Of a DNA stretch of 64,000 nucleotides, positions 1 to 9,023 are shown one piece after another. Each line of letters opens with the position of its first letter. Position 1 is the stretch's first letter. A model generated the notes under the pieces. That model did no database searches and had not been told where the DNA came from. It worked only from the letters and a program-made list of their open reading frames with translations. A program made the position numbers and the translations under genes. The stretch is from NCBI GenBank assembly GCA_037447235.1, contig JBBIHC010000002.1:5951-69950 (forward strand). Reading direction: 5' to 3'. Source of the stretch: Candidatus Micrarchaeota archaeon. Lineage in GTDB: Archaea; Micrarchaeota; Micrarchaeia; Anstonellales; Bilamarchaeaceae.

Positions 1-120
1 TGTCTTATCTGTTCCTGCCGGGGTTTGCTGCCGCGCCAGGCAGTTTCGATCTTCTTCGCCGAAAGTTCGCTTGAAGGCCAAAAAGCAAAACAATATAAAT
101 AAAGCGTGTTTTTCTAATTT

Positions 121-2379
121 ATGAAAATTGTGAAAACCGGAATTTTTTTATTCCTGATTTTTGCGTTTGTGCAGACTGGATCCGCCATCATTTATTTCGG
201 GCCCGGGACCGCATTGGACTGCAAGGCAGGCCCCATCGTAATCAACGCGCCGGAGTACTATCAGTGGGATCCGGCCGCGGCGGGCACGATGGTTGGCGGC
301 GGCCTGGCAAGCCCCTGCATCACGGTTGACGCCAACGATGTATTTATCAACTGCACAACCGCCGTCGGGCGCGGCAACATAGACGGCCAGGAGGCAAATG
401 TTGCCGGCATATACATCGCGCCCGGAAGGCACAACATAACGATATACAACTGCAGAATTCTTGATTTTTTCGGAAGCAACATTTACATAAACGGAACCGG
501 GAAGCTTGCTTACAACATAACAATAAATAAAACCGAACTAACTTACGACCATCCCATGGGCAAGCCTGCAGATGATATCGCGTGCGTTGGTTCAAGCGAC
601 ATAACGCTGGACGGCGTTAATGCGATAACAAAGGCAGCCCACACGGCCAGCCAGTCTGGTTTTGGGGACGGTGCTGGCGGCCCGGCGATATGCGATGCGG
701 TGACCGTGATAAATTCCAATCTCAAAGAAAACAATGATTTCGGCATTTATTTACAAGGGGACAAACACCATTTCCTTAATAACAACATATCCCTGAATGG
801 CGTGGATGGCGCCAGAATGCTGATGAGCTCAACTTTTTTTGCATACGGCAACAATTTTTCGGATAATGCCGCCGCCGGCCTGTACCTGGAGGATGTACGG
901 GATTCGACCGTTGAATCCAATCATATCCGAAACAACAGCAAATACGGCATTGTAATAATTCCGAATGTTCTTCCGTCCAACGAAAGAGTGGACATACTGT
1001 CAAATGACTTTTACTCCAATGATTATGGGCTTGTCGTTTTTAGCCTGATAAATTCGAAGATAGAAGGCAACGACATATACGCGAGCAAGCGGGACGGGGT
1101 GCAGCTTGCCGATTTCTATGACAGCAACTTCACGGGCAATTTAATTGACGGCAACGGGGAGTCGGGAATCCGCGGGCTGGCCGGCTATCTCATCGACAAT
1201 ATTACATTTTCAAATAATACTATCAGCAATAACACTGAAAATGGCATTATTATCGAGAGCGGCACAAAACGCTTGATATTCAATGGAGAGCGCTTTGTGG
1301 ACAACTCCGGCTATGGAATGCGGGTGGACGGGACATCCGGCATTGTTTTGAACAAAACAAGGATCTATGGTAAAATAAGCAAGTACTTTTACGTGGAGGG
1401 CAATTCTGTATTTGATACCCACGACCTCTGGCTTGGCTATAACGATACCGTGGGCATATTATGGCCCTCGATGAAATTTGATTCTGTTGAAACTGATGTC
1501 ACTGACAGCAATCTGCTTATTGGTGAAGACTTTGTTTCGCTTGATGCATCCGACCCCCTTGCGGCTGAGCTCAACGAAACTGCAAGAATAACAATCGCAG
1601 TGCCGGGATGCGCCGCGCTTAAATTTTACCGGCTTGACGGCTTCCCTGCGAGCAAAGACGAGATAATAACAAACGGTACGTTATTTGTGCCCACAATGCG
1701 GGAATGCACGAGAAACCTTGCAACATTCAGCGTCGCCGGCTTCTCCGGTTATACTGCAAACGGAACCACTGCGGTTCCGCCGTCACCGGGAGGGGGCGGA
1801 GAAAGAAAACCGCTTAGTCCTTCCGCTGAAACAATCTGTCCAGGCAATACCCTCGAGCTTACGGTGACAAGCAAAGACCATCCGGTGAGCGATGTGATGG
1901 TCCGGTTTATACAATATGAGCCGTATGTGGAACTCCTTTCCGTAAAATACACTGATGAGGAAGGAAAGGCCACATTCACGCCGCCACGGGCAGCAGTTTA
2001 CCATATAGAGCTAAAAAAAGACGGGTACTACTACGATAATCCTTATGTTCTGCAATACGAAATGTGCGAAGAAGAGGTTTTGGAAACAAGGCCGGGGGAA
2101 CAGCAGCAGCCTTCAGCAGAACAGCCGCCGGCAGAAGCCGCGGAAGAGAAACCAGTTGAGCCTGAAGTGCAACCGCCAGCGCTGCCAGAAGAGCATGAAG
2201 AAAAGCCCGCCGAGCAGCCGCAGCCCCAGCCTGCTCCCTCTGCTGATGAGGGGGTCCCTGCTGCTGAAGAAACCAAGGGGGACTTATGCCCTTTGCCAAC
2301 GCTCCTCTTGGCAACAGCAGCGGCTGCCGCACTCCTTTCAGCGATCTACTATTGGTTTGTCATGAGGCGCAGGAAGTAG
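121..2379 (+). CDS. Secreted right-handed beta-helix (NosD/pectate-lyase-like) surface glycoprotein. Has a Pro/Glu/Gln-rich spacer and a C-terminal TM anchor with a basic tail.
   Basis: The N-terminal signal peptide is MKIVKTGIFLFLIFAFVQTGSA. There are many parallel beta-helix repeat signatures (NITIYNC, SNIYINGT, NNISLNG, GIVII and similar). N-x-S/T sequons are numerous. Low-complexity EQQQPSAEQPPAEAAEEKPVEPEVQPP precedes the C-terminal LPTLLLATAAAAALLSAIYYWFVMRRRK, which looks like an archaeosortase-type sorting signal. Confidence 0.6.
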   Translation: MKIVKTGIFLFLIFAFVQTGSAIIYFGPGTALDCKAGPIVINAPEYYQWDPAAAGTMVGGGLASPCITVDANDVFINCTTAVGRGNIDGQEANVAGIYIAPGRHNITIYNCRILDFFGSNIYINGTGKLAYNITINKTELTYDHPMGKPADDIACVGSSDITLDGVNAITKAAHTASQSGFGDGAGGPAICDAVTVINSNLKENNDFGIYLQGDKHHFLNNNISLNGVDGARMLMSSTFFAYGNNFSDNAAAGLYLEDVRDSTVESNHIRNNSKYGIVIIPNVLPSNERVDILSNDFYSNDYGLVVFSLINSKIEGNDIYASKRDGVQLADFYDSNFTGNLIDGNGESGIRGLAGYLIDNITFSNNTISNNTENGIIIESGTKRLIFNGERFVDNSGYGMRVDGTSGIVLNKTRIYGKISKYFYVEGNSVFDTHDLWLGYNDTVGILWPSMKFDSVETDVTDSNLLIGEDFVSLDASDPLAAELNETARITIAVPGCAALKFYRLDGFPASKDEIITNGTLFVPTMRECTRNLATFSVAGFSGYTANGTTAVPPSPGGGGERKPLSPSAETICPGNTLELTVTSKDHPVSDVMVRFIQYEPYVELLSVKYTDEEGKATFTPPRAAVYHIELKKDGYYYDNPYVLQYEMCEEEVLETRPGEQQQPSAEQPPAEAAEEKPVEPEVQPPALPEEHEEKPAEQPQPQPAPSADEGVPAAEETKGDLCPLPTLLLATAAAAALLSAIYYWFVMRRRK

Positions 2380-2402
2380 GGTGCGGCAAGACCGCGCGCC
2401 GT

Positions 2403-2777
2403 CTACACGCGCTTCAACCCCTTTATCTTTTCGTAATCAGCGGCGCGCCGCGTGAAAAGAAAGGCGTCGTTGACTATGCAGACCGCGGCGTTCATCAAGG
2501 TTTCATGCGAAATCTCGTTGGCGTTCTCCGCCAGTTCATTCCTCAATTTTGACGACACTACCACGACTTTTCTGTCTATGGGCAGGATGGTGACGCTGTT
2601 CGCGAATGATATTATGACATCCTGCTTTTTTACAGTATAAAGCAAATAGGCGAGCGTAAGCGCGGAAATGCAAATTTCATCGTTGTTTATATAATAATTC
2701 AGCTTTTCCGCAACTGTTCTTTCCCCTTTGAGGAAGTCCAGCGCAGCAGAGTAATCCAGGCATATCTTTTCCACCAA
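2403..2777 (-). CDS. vapC: PIN-domain ribonuclease, VapC-like toxin.
   Basis: The 124-aa protein has an N-terminal ICLDYSA acidic motif and a conserved late Asp (IVNDAFLF). It sits immediately downstream of a small antitoxin-like gene. Confidence 0.55.
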   Translation of the reverse strand: MVEKICLDYSAALDFLKGERTVAEKLNYYINNDEICISALTLAYLLYTVKKQDVIISFANSVTILPIDRKVVVVSSKLRNELAENANEISHETLMNAAVCIVNDAFLFTRRAADYEKIKGLKRV

Positions 2778-2788
2778 AACACCCCTGG

Positions 2789-2989
2789 CTATTCAAGTAT
2801 TCTCATGGCCGCCTTTCTTTCCACATCCTTTTCCTTTATCGCTCCTGCAAAAACCTTCAGCTGCTTCTCGCTCTCCTGCTTTTCGCGGAGCAGGAAGCGG
2901 ATGGCGCCGCTGAAGCTCGTGCCCTTTGCCTTTTTCAGCCTGTTCAGTTCAACATAAACATCATCCATTATCGTTATCACGCGCACCAT
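2789..2989 (-). CDS. vapB: VapB-like antitoxin, a small DNA-binding protein.
   Basis: The 66-aa protein lies 11 nt upstream of the PIN gene on the same strand. The N-terminus MVRVITIMDDVYVELNRLKK is typical of an RHH/AbrB-like antitoxin. Confidence 0.5.
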   Translation of the reverse strand: MVRVITIMDDVYVELNRLKKAKGTSFSGAIRFLLREKQESEKQLKVFAGAIKEKDVERKAAMRILE

Positions 2990-3170
2990 AAAAATCGATA
3001 AATGTATTTATTAAATATATTTAAATTTATCGCCTGATTTTTTTAAATGTAATAAAAAATAGATTTTTATAGTTTTTTTTCTCAGACGGCAAAGCAAATG
3101 TTTTTAAATAATGGTTGGGCCGTTTTTCCTACCCGGCGAAACGCCGGGAAAATGCGACCAGGTGAAAAAT

Positions 3171-4250
3171 ATGGAAGATTTGGTAAAGTCCGTTATGGGA
3201 GAGTCCACCTCCCAGGTTAAGGAAGAAAGCGAAGCCATGAGTTCGGAAACGATAAAAATCGTTACCGTGGGTATCGGCGGCGCCGGCAACAACACGATAA
3301 ACCGGCTGATAAAGGCAGGCGTCAAGGGCACTGAGCTTGTTGCTGTCAACACCGACAAGCAGCATTTGGGCATAATACACGAAAGGGCAAAGAAGATTCT
3401 GATAGGCAAGAGCGTCACGAAAGGGCTTGGCGCCGGCGGCTATCCAGAGATAGGCGCAAAGTCTGCAGAGGTTGACAGGCCGCTCATAGAGAAAGAGCTT
3501 GAAAACGCCCATCTTGTTTTCATATGCGCAGGCATGGGCGGCGGGACAGGCGGCGGCGCTGCGCCGATTGTAGCGCAAATCGCAAAGGAGCAGGGCGCGA
3601 TAGTAGTCGCCATGGTAACCTACCCGTTTGCGCTTGAGCGCGCGAGAAAGAAGAAAGCAGACGAAGGCATAAAATTGCTCAAAAAGAGCTGCGACTCGGT
3701 CATCATACTGGACAACAACAGGCTGGTTCAGTTGGTCCCGAACCTGCCGATGACAGAGGCTTTTGCAGTTGCAGATGAAATTTTGGCAAGAGCAATCAGC
3801 GGGCTTGTCTGGACGATCACCCAGCCGTCTTTGATAAACATCGACTTTGCCGACGTCCGCGCAATCATGGAAGGCGGCGGAGTCGGTTTCATAGCTGTGG
3901 GCGAGGGAAAAGGAAACGACAAGGTAAGGGCGGCATCCGAAGGCGTGATAAAGAACAGGCTTCTTGATGTTGACTTTGAAGGCGCAAAGGGTGCATTGAT
4001 ACACATAAGCGGAGGAAGCGACCTTACGCTCGGCGACGCGATAAAAGCAGGCGAGCTGATTACCGAGACGATGGATGCTGAGGCGAATGTTAAGTGGGGC
4101 GCAAGGATAATGCAGAACTACGAGGGCAAGCTTGAGATAGTTGCCATAGTTACCGGCGTCAAGGGAGCATCGGTTGGCGGCTCTGCTTACTCAACAGAAG
4201 AGGAAACAGCCACGCCGTTGTACGGCGAGGAGCTTGAGGTCCTCGGCTAA
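3171..4250 (+). CDS. ftsZ: Cell division GTPase FtsZ.
   Basis: Carries the tubulin/FtsZ signature GIGGAGNNTINRL plus the GGGTGSG-type motif CAGMGGGTGGGAAPIVAQIAKE. The ORF opens at 3111, but a good SD (GGTGA) sits 6 nt before ATG 3171, so that start is preferred. An oligo-T terminator follows. Confidence 0.9.
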   Translation: MEDLVKSVMGESTSQVKEESEAMSSETIKIVTVGIGGAGNNTINRLIKAGVKGTELVAVNTDKQHLGIIHERAKKILIGKSVTKGLGAGGYPEIGAKSAEVDRPLIEKELENAHLVFICAGMGGGTGGGAAPIVAQIAKEQGAIVVAMVTYPFALERARKKKADEGIKLLKKSCDSVIILDNNRLVQLVPNLPMTEAFAVADEILARAISGLVWTITQPSLINIDFADVRAIMEGGGVGFIAVGEGKGNDKVRAASEGVIKNRLLDVDFEGAKGALIHISGGSDLTLGDAIKAGELITETMDAEANVKWGARIMQNYEGKLEIVAIVTGVKGASVGGSAYSTEEETATPLYGEELEVLG

Positions 4251-4253
4251 ATT

Positions 4254-4300
4254 TTTTATTTTTTTTACTTTTTTATTTTTTTTTGCTTTTGACGAATTCT
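4254..4300 (+). terminator. Oligo-T archaeal terminator downstream of ftsZ.
   Basis: The sequence is ttttttattttttttacttttttatttttttttgctttt, immediately after the ftsZ stop. Confidence 0.6.
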
Positions 4301-4411
4301 CTTCCAGCCGCGGCACCATTCACCTGTGTTCTACCACACTTAACCAAGTGGAAACATTTATAAACATTTCTCACAATAATATAACATAAAACACTATATA
4401 TTGGTGGAAAT

Positions 4412-5272
4412 ATGGCAGGAAAATTTAAGCATTCAGGCGGAAATCAGCAGGCTGGGGGTAAAGATGCTAGACACGATGAAAAGATGAGGCAATTGAAGGT
4501 TTCGGATCCTCTGATAGAACAGACAAGGCAGCCAGCGGGCGGCAGATTCCAGGACGGCAGAACAGTGCCAGTGGATTATCCGCAAAAAATGCTTGAATGG
4601 TCAAAAACAGTCGAGCCTAGCCCAGAGGCTGCGGAAGCTTCTTCAAAACCGCTTCCCCCGCCGCCGGCCAGAGTACAGGCTCCGGAAATACAGAAGGTGC
4701 CGCAAAAAGAAACGGCAATGGCCACGGTAAATCCGCAGGCTTTGCAAACAGCCCTTGATGGGCTCACCAAAGCTATAAATGACCTGGGCAGAAGGGTTGG
4801 CGTGGTGGAGCAGTATCACAAGACGACCCTTCGCGAATGGATGACTGCCAAGGACGCCAAGCTTCAGCAGACAGAAGCCGGGTTGGGTTCATTGAGGCAG
4901 GAGCTGGAAGGGCTGAAGCAAGATGCGGTGAATCAGGAAAAGCTGGATTCCACCATTGAGACAGTAGTTGATGGCGTTAGCGGTCTGGTTACCGAAGAGG
5001 TAAATAAAGCGACTGACAGGTTTGACGCGGATGCAAAGAAACTCGCGGATGAACTTGACAGGCTTAAGATGTCTGTCAGGGAAATTTCCAGCAAGCATAA
5101 CGAGCTTGTTGATAGTTGGGCTGAGTTGTCGCAGCTTCGCGAAAACTTTTCCGAGTTTGAGGGAGCGCTGAGCAACCTGCTCACCAACTTTGAGTCGTTC
5201 CTGGCAAGCATTGCTTACGCCAGCAATGACATAATTAAGAAAATAAGGAATAATGGTGGTAGCAATGAGTAA
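4412..5272 (+). CDS. Hypothetical protein with a disordered Gly/Gln/Pro-rich N-terminus and a long coiled-coil.
   Basis: The 286-aa ORF has a heptad-rich C-terminal 170 aa (LQQTEAGLGSLRQELEGLKQD and following). Its own AT-rich promoter lies directly downstream of ftsZ. Its 3' end overlaps the next ORF. Confidence 0.5.
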   Translation: MAGKFKHSGGNQQAGGKDARHDEKMRQLKVSDPLIEQTRQPAGGRFQDGRTVPVDYPQKMLEWSKTVEPSPEAAEASSKPLPPPPARVQAPEIQKVPQKETAMATVNPQALQTALDGLTKAINDLGRRVGVVEQYHKTTLREWMTAKDAKLQQTEAGLGSLRQELEGLKQDAVNQEKLDSTIETVVDGVSGLVTEEVNKATDRFDADAKKLADELDRLKMSVREISSKHNELVDSWAELSQLRENFSEFEGALSNLLTNFESFLASIAYASNDIIKKIRNNGGSNE

Positions 5273-7295
5273 AAAACTCAATGCCAGGGAAGTTAAGGCA
5301 GTTCTCAAGGAGAGATTGAAACAGATGGAGCAGAAAAGCCAGCCGCTCGTGGAGCAGCCGACAGCTCTTCCGGCAACCAAAAAAAATGGTCTGCAGAATG
5401 TTGAGGAAGAGGACGACTTGTTAAGAAGCACGCGAGAATTGATGAAAGAAATAGACGAGGTCCACTCGAGCGTGTTTAACGCGCCCCCGCCGAGCTTTAG
5501 CGACGGGCCGACCGACCCGAATATAAAACTGACCTCTAAAAAGCCAAAGAAAGAGGAACCATCGCCTCTCGAAGTTTTGGACAAGGAAATCAACTCGGCT
5601 ATAAGCGGCCTGGACAAACAGCTGAACAAAGAGGAAACCGCTTCTGTAGAAGAAGCAGAAAGCAGCCAGCCTGAGCAGCAGAGTACGGCTGATGCTGGCG
5701 CGGTTGGGCAGTCGGTTCCTGAAAGCGCAGAGGCGCAGCATTCAGTCCTGCCGGTTTTGCCTATTGAACTGCCCGACGTGTCTGAAGCACCGGGCAAAGA
5801 AGCAGCCCCTGTTGAAGCAGCAGCCGAAGCGGCATGCTACGAAAGCCAGGGGGACCTGGTCCTGCCGGTTTGCGTTGTTGAGCAGGGCGAATCCCCCCAG
5901 CCAGAAGCAAAACCGAGTTTCAGCCAGGGCGGCACAACCATGAGCCATAATGTTCAAGCGAACGGAGCAAAAGCGCCAAGCGAAAGCGCCCGGGCGGCTG
6001 AAAAACCCTTCGGCCAGACTGGCACAACAATAAGCAGCGTGCCTGAAGGCGAACGCAGCAGACGCTCGATTTTCGGCATAGGCGCCGAAGTTGAGAAGTT
6101 GCTTGAGAGGCGCGAGGCAGAACAGCTTGACTCTCTTGAGCAGATTCCTTCGTCCCGCTATGATGAGCAGACAACGCCCGGGGAACCGCAGATTAAAATT
6201 ACCCCGCCGCAGTCAGAATCCGCTCAGTTCCAACAGCTCAAACCTAATAAAAAGCCAAAAAGATGGAAAAAGTGGCTGGCAGGAGCGTTGATAGCGGCAG
6301 GTCTACTCGCTTCCGGCATCGGCATTTATCTAAGTTCAAGAGACCGTAAAGACGCGCCACCAGCAGTAATTTCGGCGTGCGCCGAAAGCCCGACCTTAGG
6401 TGGTAAAGAGTGTCCGTTCATAAGCCAGGCTTCAATCTGTCTTAGTGATACTTATATGATAAGCACAGAATTTTTTTGCGACCCAATAAAAGTTACTGTG
6501 GACGATGAGTTTTCAAACTGTGTGCCAGGGACGTGTACTGTTTCTTTCCCAAACTTCAAATGGGAAGCGATTAGCCTCAAAGAGCTTGATAAAAAGATTA
6601 TTGATAACCTTAACTACCTTCTTGTTCAAAACGAGTACTTGTCCATTATACCGCCGGAGTTGTTACTTAACTTGTCCATTATACCGCCGGAGTTGATACT
6701 TAAAATGCCGGAGTTGTTACTTAAAATGCCAAAGCTGTTTACTGAAGGGTTTTGCATATCCCTATCATTTGAAGAAGCGCAAAGATATCTGACATTGCCG
6801 TTAGATGAGCCAAAAAAAGGGATAAGACCGATGTACCTTCTACCCAGAACCAAAGTCATAATAAACACGTCCTCGCTATTGTTTACTGTCAATCTAAACG
6901 GAACAAGAGGTGATGCCTCATTCGCGAACGTTATGAAAGAAAAGCATTCTGGCGAGAGCATCATAGGCTTAAAAAACATCTCTGAAATAGAGCATATTTG
7001 CAACAAAACTGCCAATCCTGTTAGCTGCCTTGGCGGAGCTTTGGCAAACCTGACCGGCCAGATAAAAAGCGCCATAAACAATGTTGGCAGGCTGGCTTAC
7101 AAAGGGCTGCTCGGGAACGGCTCTTGCGACAAGAGAGACATTACCATCGTATCGCCAGACGGGGGGCACGCAACGGTTATAGGTTACAACGAGACTGAGA
7201 TGCCGGAAGCAAAAGAGAATGACTGCAAGCCTGCCCCGCCGAGGGGAGGCGGTTTTAACTTGCCTCTTGGAATGGGCGCGGCCACGGGCCAATAA
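5253..7295 (+). CDS. Bitopic membrane protein. Has an acidic/Pro-rich disordered cytoplasmic N-terminal half, a single TM, and a Cys-containing extracytoplasmic C-domain.
   Basis: The 680-aa ORF has a single TM at WLAGALIAAGLLASGIGIYL near residue 340. The C-domain carries multiple Cys, N-glycosylation sequons, and the internal tandem peptide repeat LSIIPPELLLN/LSIIPPELILK/MPELLLK. Confidence 0.5.
   Translation: MVVAMSKKLNAREVKAVLKERLKQMEQKSQPLVEQPTALPATKKNGLQNVEEEDDLLRSTRELMKEIDEVHSSVFNAPPPSFSDGPTDPNIKLTSKKPKKEEPSPLEVLDKEINSAISGLDKQLNKEETASVEEAESSQPEQQSTADAGAVGQSVPESAEAQHSVLPVLPIELPDVSEAPGKEAAPVEAAAEAACYESQGDLVLPVCVVEQGESPQPEAKPSFSQGGTTMSHNVQANGAKAPSESARAAEKPFGQTGTTISSVPEGERSRRSIFGIGAEVEKLLERREAEQLDSLEQIPSSRYDEQTTPGEPQIKITPPQSESAQFQQLKPNKKPKRWKKWLAGALIAAGLLASGIGIYLSSRDRKDAPPAVISACAESPTLGGKECPFISQASICLSDTYMISTEFFCDPIKVTVDDEFSNCVPGTCTVSFPNFKWEAISLKELDKKIIDNLNYLLVQNEYLSIIPPELLLNLSIIPPELILKMPELLLKMPKLFTEGFCISLSFEEAQRYLTLPLDEPKKGIRPMYLLPRTKVIINTSSLLFTVNLNGTRGDASFANVMKEKHSGESIIGLKNISEIEHICNKTANPVSCLGGALANLTGQIKSAINNVGRLAYKGLLGNGSCDKRDITIVSPDGGHATVIGYNETEMPEAKENDCKPAPPRGGGFNLPLGMGAATGQ
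6641..6730 (+). repeat. Intragenic tandem repeat: a roughly 33-nt unit twice, followed by partial copies.
   Basis: The DNA reads tccattataccgccggagttgttacttaacttg, then tccattataccgccggagttgatacttaaaatg, then ccggagttgttacttaaaatgcc. Confidence 0.7.
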
Positions 7296-7381
7296 TCTTT
7301 TCTTTTTTTTGTGTTTTTTTGAGCAATCGGCAGCAGGCGGTTTAGCATAATAATTTAAATTTACGATTCCTTATCTGCAGT

Positions 7382-8053
7382 ATGGCAAAGCCAAGAGCAT
7401 TTTTCTTTGACATTGACAACACACTCTATCCGTCCCGCGAGTTTGCTGAGCTTGCGCGGAAAAATGCGATAAGCGCGATGATAAGGGCAGGCCTGCCCGC
7501 GAGCATAAAAGAAGTTGAAAGGGAGCTAAACAAGGTAATAATGGAAAAAGGCTCAAATTATCCCTATCATTTTGACAAGGTTCTGGATGCGTTCGGGGTA
7601 AAAAACAAGGCGAAATATGTCGCTGCTGCGGTTGCAGCCTATCATGACACCAAGATAACGATATTGCCGTATCCTGAGGTGCCACGTGTTCTTCTTTGGC
7701 TCAGGGATAAGAGGATAAAACTTTATGTGGCATCAGAGGGCATTGAGGTAAAGCAGTGGGACAAACTTTTGCGGTTGCAGGTGGCGCAATATTTTGAAAA
7801 TGTTTTCGTAGCAAATCCTAGCAAAGGCGGTAAAGATGCGGAATTTTACCGAAAAATTGCCAAAAAAATAAACGTTGCTCCGAGTGAATGCCTTATGGTT
7901 GGCGACAAGGAAGACAAGGACATCATCCCAGCCAAAAAAGCCAGTTACAGAACGATAAGGATTTTCAGAGGCCCTTATGCCGGCAAAGGAAGGAAAACCG
8001 CTGCTGATATTTCAAGCAGAGATCTGAACATCTTGTTTAAAATTATTGATTAA
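7382..8053 (+). CDS. HAD-superfamily hydrolase.
   Basis: Motif I is FFFDIDNTLY. A C-terminal MVGDKEDKDI matches motif IV. Confidence 0.65.
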   Translation: MAKPRAFFFDIDNTLYPSREFAELARKNAISAMIRAGLPASIKEVERELNKVIMEKGSNYPYHFDKVLDAFGVKNKAKYVAAAVAAYHDTKITILPYPEVPRVLLWLRDKRIKLYVASEGIEVKQWDKLLRLQVAQYFENVFVANPSKGGKDAEFYRKIAKKINVAPSECLMVGDKEDKDIIPAKKASYRTIRIFRGPYAGKGRKTAADISSRDLNILFKIID

Positions 8054-8111
8054 GCCGCATTGTCGGCAGAGAAGTAAGGTTTTTTAAACAATTGTCAAAT
8101 AAGATAAAGCC

Positions 8112-8954
8112 ATGAAGAACATCGTTTTGTTAATCATAATTTTGGCAGCATCGCTGTTTTTGTTTGGCTGTTTTGAAAGCCAGACAAAATGCACGAAAAG
8201 TTCTGACTGCAAGGATTACGAGGTTTGCAACATTCAGACAGGCGTTTGTGAGCTTAAGCCCGGATACTGCAGCATTGATAGCGATTGCAATGATAGCCTG
8301 ACAACCTGCAACAGAACAACTCATCAGTGCGTTTTTCTTGAAGGCAGGTGCAGGATTGACAGCGACTGCCCTGTTTGGCAGGTGTGCACTGTTGGAAACA
8401 ACTGCGTAGCTGCAAGTGGCTTCTGCGATTCTGATGCACAGTGCGACCCGGCTTTTGAATACTGCGACCCTGAAAGGCACAAGTGCGAGCCAAAGGCAGG
8501 CTTATGCAGGAGCAACAGCGACTGCGACGGTTGGGAAGAATGCAATCTTACATCAAGAAAATGCGTTGTTCTGCCCGGAAGATGCAACATTGACGGTGAT
8601 TGCGAGAGCTGGCAGGTTTGCGATGTCAAGACGCATTACTGCAAGGCAAAGGCGGAATATTGCATAAACGATGCTGACTGCAAAGAATGGGCTAAATGCG
8701 ACCTTGAGCAGCATCGCTGCGTGGCAAGGCAGGGCTTCTGCGCCGCAGACAACGACTGCAACTGGTGGGAGTACTGCAGCCCGCAGACGCATAAGTGCGC
8801 AGTGAGAAAGGACCACTGCAATTCAGGGAGCGACTGCGGCAGCTGGCAGGTTTGCGTGGAGCACCGCTGCAAGGCAAAGGCAGGGTACTGCGATGTTGAC
8901 CAGGATTGCGTTGCCGGAGAGACCTGCAATCAGGCAACACACAGATGCCAGTGA
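8112..8954 (+). CDS. Secreted lipoprotein made of about ten tandem 27-residue four-Cys repeats.
   Basis: The signal peptide carries the lipobox LFGC. The repeats follow C-x2-DSDC-x2-W-x2-C-x3-TH-x-C-x4-G, for example CRIDSDCPVWQVC, CNIDGDCESWQVC and CINDADCKEWAKC. Their period is about 81 nt at the DNA level. Confidence 0.6.
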   Translation: MKNIVLLIIILAASLFLFGCFESQTKCTKSSDCKDYEVCNIQTGVCELKPGYCSIDSDCNDSLTTCNRTTHQCVFLEGRCRIDSDCPVWQVCTVGNNCVAASGFCDSDAQCDPAFEYCDPERHKCEPKAGLCRSNSDCDGWEECNLTSRKCVVLPGRCNIDGDCESWQVCDVKTHYCKAKAEYCINDADCKEWAKCDLEQHRCVARQGFCAADNDCNWWEYCSPQTHKCAVRKDHCNSGSDCGSWQVCVEHRCKAKAGYCDVDQDCVAGETCNQATHRCQ

Positions 8955-9023
8955 TTTTTTTCGTCAGGCTGCAAAACGAATACATTTTTAAATAAACACT
9001 TATAATTATCGCCAGGTGACAAT

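Noticed and set aside
3129-4004. A 291-aa antisense ORF inside ftsZ, and similar long antisense ORFs inside other genes (4889-5797, 8130-8985, 21626-22486, 25719-26588, 42488-43072, 43597-44220).
   Set aside because: They lie entirely within high-confidence conserved genes on the opposite strand. They have low-complexity or Cys/Arg-skewed compositions typical of reverse-frame translation of GC-balanced coding DNA.
8112-8954. A CRISPR-like array suggested by the regular roughly 81-nt periodicity.
   Set aside because: The repeats are divergent at the DNA level and in frame with a continuous ORF that has a signal peptide. This is a protein-coding tandem module array, not a CRISPR array.
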